DNA from: a bacterium
Lineage (GTDB): Bacteria; UBA8248; JACPRG01; G963555815
Assembly: GCA_965218795.1 (NCBI GenBank)
Contig: OZ244653.1
Span: 3,456,001-3,520,000 of the forward strand
Direction of reading: 5' to 3'
Length of the DNA: 64,000 bases
In this document: positions 60,537 through 64,000 of the stretch, one piece after another
How positions within the stretch are numbered: the stretch's first letter is position 1
Layout of the letters: each line of letters begins with the position of its first letter
Position numbers and translations under genes: made by a program
Notes under the pieces: generated by a model
What the model was told of the DNA's origin: nothing
What the model saw: the letters and a program-made list of their open reading frames with translations, nothing else
Database searches by the model: none

Positions 60537-61979
60537 TTGGATACCGATCGGTTCGTTTCCGAGCTACGAGAGGTCGTCGGAGAAGAATACGTCTTCTCAG
60601 AACCGGAAGAACTGCTGACCTATGAATGTGATGCCCTGAGCATCTTCACCAATCTGCCGGTGGCGGTAGTCCTTCCCAAGACGACGGCGGAGGTTCAGGG
60701 TGTTTTGCGCGCGGCGGTCCGGCACAGCGCCTCCATTGTTCCCCGAGGGGCCGGAACAGGCCTGAGCGGCGGCGCGCTTCCCCACGAAAAGGGGGTATTG
60801 ATCGGGTTCGGCAGGATGAGCCGGATACTGGAAATCGACCTTCCGAATCGCCGGGCCGTCGTGCAGCCCGGCGTTGTCAATCTCCACCTCTCCCAGGCGG
60901 TCCAGGCGGACGGATATTATTACGCGCCCGACCCTTCCAGCCAGGCCGCTTGCACCATTGGGGGAAACGCCGCAGAGAACTCCGGCGGGCCACATTGTCT
61001 GAAATACGGGGTGACCACCAATCACATCCTGGGAATCGAGATGGTTCTTCCCGACGGCGAGGTCGTCGAATTGGGGGGAGAAGTGGAAGACAGCCCGGGT
61101 CTCGATCTCCGGGGCTTCGCCATCGGATCGGAGGGGACCCTGGGTGTCATCACGAAGATTATCGTCCGCCTCCTGCCTTTGCCCGAAGGGGTGAAGACAA
61201 TGGTTGCGGTTTTCAACTCCATGGAGTGCGCCTGCGATGCGGTCTCCGATATCATTGCCGACGGTCTTGTGCCGGCCGCGTTGGAAATGATGGACCGTCA
61301 CACCATTCAGGTCGTGGAGAAGGCGGTCGGGAGTGGCTTTCCGCAAACCGCGGCGGCGGTCTTGCTCATCGAGTTGGACGGGCCCGTGGCCGGGATGGAG
61401 GAGTGGATACGATCGATCGAGACCCATTGCCGCAGAAATGATGCGACCCGGTTTCGGGTTGCGCAGTCCGAGGAGGAACGGGCCAGGCTATGGGCCGGCC
61501 GAAAGAAGGCCTTTGGCGCCTTTGGTCAGGTCAGCCCGAATTTTTATTGCCTGGACGGCACCGTTCCGAGAAGCCGGATTGCAGAGTCCATCAGGCGCAT
61601 CGAGGAAATCAGCCGCAACTATGAGCTTCCCATCGCCAACGTATTTCACGCGGGCGACGGTAACCTCCACCCGCTGATCCTGTTCGATGATCGCAAGCCG
61701 GGGGAAACGGACCGGGTCATCGAGGCAGGCTCGAAGATCCTTCACATGTGCGTCGAGCTGGGCGGTTCACTCAGCGGAGAGCATGGGGTCGGTATCGAAA
61801 AAATGATGGATACCCCCGTTCAGTTCAGCGAGCAGGCGCTTGATACGATGAAGCGTGTCAAGGCGGTATTCGACCCGGAAGGACGCTGCAACCCCGCCAA
61901 GGTGTTTCCCACGCCCGGCCGTTGCGGGGAGGTTCGCGGTGCGGCGCAACGGCGTCTGCCCGCCGGCGTCTGGATTTGA
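60537..61979 (+). CDS. glcD: Glycolate oxidase FAD subunit
   Basis: PRGAGTGLSGG, APDPSSQ..CTIGGN, GSEGTLG, HAGDGNLHP, GEHGVG. Confidence 0.92.
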   Translation: MDTDRFVSELREVVGEEYVFSEPEELLTYECDALSIFTNLPVAVVLPKTTAEVQGVLRAAVRHSASIVPRGAGTGLSGGALPHEKGVLIGFGRMSRILEIDLPNRRAVVQPGVVNLHLSQAVQADGYYYAPDPSSQAACTIGGNAAENSGGPHCLKYGVTTNHILGIEMVLPDGEVVELGGEVEDSPGLDLRGFAIGSEGTLGVITKIIVRLLPLPEGVKTMVAVFNSMECACDAVSDIIADGLVPAALEMMDRHTIQVVEKAVGSGFPQTAAAVLLIELDGPVAGMEEWIRSIETHCRRNDATRFRVAQSEEERARLWAGRKKAFGAFGQVSPNFYCLDGTVPRSRIAESIRRIEEISRNYELPIANVFHAGDGNLHPLILFDDRKPGETDRVIEAGSKILHMCVELGGSLSGEHGVGIEKMMDTPVQFSEQALDTMKRVKAVFDPEGRCNPAKVFPTPGRCGEVRGAAQRRLPAGVWI

Positions 61980-61991
61980 CGATGCCCGTCT

Positions 61992-63386
61992 TTGCTATTG
62001 CGGAAAGGATCGCTGATGGGCGCCCCCAATGAAGCCGCTCAAAGGGTAAGGGAACTCCTCGGACCCGAACGGGTGCGCGACGGGAAGGAGGATCCTTTTT
62101 ATGCTTTCAATGGAGTTTCGCCGCGTCTGATCCTGTACCCTGAACGGCCAGATGAACTGTCGGCCCTTGTCATGGAGGCCAACGCCGCGAGGCTCAGCCT
62201 GATTCCCTGGGGCGGGGGCACAAAGCAGCATCACGGGTATTTCCCAAAGAATTACGATTGGGTGGTCGATCTGGGCCGCTTGCAGGGTGTTTCCGAACAT
62301 CAGGAAGCGGATTTTGTTGTCTCCTTCCACGCAGGCACGACGCTCAGGGCGGCAAATGATTTCTTGCGAAAGAGCGATCAGTTTCTTCCGCTGGATCCAC
62401 TCGAGGGAGACACAGCGACTCTTGGCGGGATATGCGCCGCCAACGCCAGCGGTCCGTTGCGTCTGGGGTACGGAACCCCCCGGGACTTAGTGTTGGGAAT
62501 GGAAGTCGTCATGGCGGACGGAACGCCTGTTCGCTTCGGAGCGAAAGTCGTCAAGAGCGTCGCTGGATTCGATTTGAACAAGCTTTATATCGGCTCCCAG
62601 GGCACATTAGGGTTTATCTCCGAAGTCACACTGAAAACCTATTCCCTCCGAATCGGCGAAGGAGCGCTTCTTGCGGGATTTGAAGAGGCCGGGGCCGCGC
62701 AATCGGCCGCAACCCGGATCCTGTCTGACCGAACCCTGCCGGTGGCCCTGGAATGGCTGACGGGTGAAGAAATGGTCAACGATGAGATTTCGGGCGGGCT
62801 CTCGGATTCCAGGAACATTCTTCTGGTCAGCTATCGGGACAACGAGCAAGGCGTCTTGGGCCAGTTGGACAAAGCCGGGGCGGCCTGCCGGGAATGCGCG
62901 GCCAAGGGAATGGCGAAGCTTGGAGTCGAGGACGCCCAGGTATTCAGAGAGTCGCTGAGCCGAAATGGGCCGTTTCACGCTTCGGCCCGGTGGGACGGGT
63001 TTGTCTGCCGCATGGGGGTGCCATTGACCCGCGTGGGAGAGACGATCGAGCGGTCTCGCGCCATCGGTTGCCAGGACGGGTTTCGGGTTTGGGGGCAGGC
63101 ACAGGCCGGGAACGGGATCATCCGGCTCGGATTCGGTTGGCCGGAAGGTGATTGTGCCCTTCCCACAGACAAAGCCGGGCGCGCCGTCAAGGATCTGCAG
63201 AAAGCCGCTGGGCTCGTTGGCGGGTACGCAGTGATTGAGACTCGATCGCAGGAGTTGCGGGAAAAGCTGGCTCTGTTCGACGAAGAGAGAGTGGAGAAAA
63301 CCGTTTTCCAATTGATGCAAAAGGCAAAACAGGCATTGGATCCTGAAGGCATCATGAATCCCGGCCGGTTTTTCGGAAAAATATGA
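61992..63386 (+). CDS. glcE: Glycolate oxidase FAD-binding subunit
   Basis: GGGTK, TLGG..ANASGP.R..YG..RD, VVKSVAGFDL, DPEGIMNPGR; lies between glcD and glcF. Confidence 0.88.
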   Translation: MLLRKGSLMGAPNEAAQRVRELLGPERVRDGKEDPFYAFNGVSPRLILYPERPDELSALVMEANAARLSLIPWGGGTKQHHGYFPKNYDWVVDLGRLQGVSEHQEADFVVSFHAGTTLRAANDFLRKSDQFLPLDPLEGDTATLGGICAANASGPLRLGYGTPRDLVLGMEVVMADGTPVRFGAKVVKSVAGFDLNKLYIGSQGTLGFISEVTLKTYSLRIGEGALLAGFEEAGAAQSAATRILSDRTLPVALEWLTGEEMVNDEISGGLSDSRNILLVSYRDNEQGVLGQLDKAGAACRECAAKGMAKLGVEDAQVFRESLSRNGPFHASARWDGFVCRMGVPLTRVGETIERSRAIGCQDGFRVWGQAQAGNGIIRLGFGWPEGDCALPTDKAGRAVKDLQKAAGLVGGYAVIETRSQELREKLALFDEERVEKTVFQLMQKAKQALDPEGIMNPGRFFGKI

Positions 63387-63432
63387 AGCTTTCGAATGAA
63401 CGAGTACGGACCTTGTAGAAGACGAGTCACAA

Positions 63433-64000
63433 ATGACAGCCGAGACATCCCTGGAAAAAATGCACCCGGCTGAACCGGGAAGGAAAGGATCCCTGGGGGA
63501 ATCCCCCGCGATGGACCGGCTGCTGGACTGTATCCATTGCGGGCTTTGTCTAAGCTTTTGTCCGACCTATTCCGAGCTTGGCAATGAGATGGATTCTCCC
63601 CGAGGGCGGATCTATCTCATGCGGGCGGCGGAAGAGGGGCGCATCGCCTATACCCCGACGGTCCGAAAGCACATCGACAGCTGTCTGGGTTGTCTGGCCT
63701 GTGAAACGGCCTGTCCTTCCGGCGTTCAATATCACAGCCTCATCGAGGCCGCCCGCACGAAGGTCGAGGCCGCCCGGGAGAACGAGGGCGGGCGAAGCCG
63801 GATTCGCAACTTCGCACTCCGGCGGCTCCTTCCCCATGCCGGTCGCCTGTCGGCCGTCGGCATCCTTCTCGGGTTCTACCGAAGCAGCGGGATGCAGTGG
63901 TTTCTTCGGAGCAGCGGGGTGCTGGATCGACTGGGTCGGCTCGGGGAGTTCGAAGCACTCTCCCCAGCCGCGACGCCGAGGTCCGTGATCCGGAAGGTGG
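63433..64000 (+). CDS. glcF: Glycolate oxidase Fe-S subunit (runs off window)
   Basis: Hand translation: [40 protein letters not shown]. Confidence 0.92.
   Translation, partial: MTAETSLEKMHPAEPGRKGSLGESPAMDRLLDCIHCGLCLSFCPTYSELGNEMDSPRGRIYLMRAAEEGRIAYTPTVRKHIDSCLGCLACETACPSGVQYHSLIEAARTKVEAARENEGGRSRIRNFALRRLLPHAGRLSAVGILLGFYRSSGMQWFLRSSGVLDRLGRLGEFEALSPAATPRSVIRKV

Overview
A GC-rich bacterial chromosome segment spanning the replication origin; I could not assign the taxon. 1-28 kb is core: a predicted Na+-type V/A-ATPase operon next to parB-parA, two parS sites, rsmG-mnmG-mnmE-jag-yidC-yidD-rnpA-rpmH, then dnaA-oriC-recF-gyrB-gyrA-serS, with no dnaN. 28-44 kb is the serS-tRNA-tadA-SRP RNA-dnaX-ybaB-recR backbone. 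It carries all four tRNA-Ser isoacceptors, tRNA-Arg(ACG) and an Alu-domain SRP RNA, and is interrupted by two inserts. The first is a tandem-AAA ATPase + PD-(D/E)xK nuclease + WYL regulator cassette with a candidate WYL operator, the best candidate for an undescribed system. The second is a class-V PLP enzyme + hydantoinase/oxoprolinase A/B operon. 44-64 kb holds catabolic and transport genes (allantoinase-like, HCHL-like, opp-type ABC without ATPases, nth, carD, glcDEF). It also holds unannotated relics: IS481 fragments, a fused DarG/RtcA scar, a TA-flanked MITE-like element and modular palindromic repeats. Four apparent small indels (AAA, hydantoinase A, SBP, possibly carD) may be assembly errors. 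All family calls come from motif recognition by eye, not from database searches.
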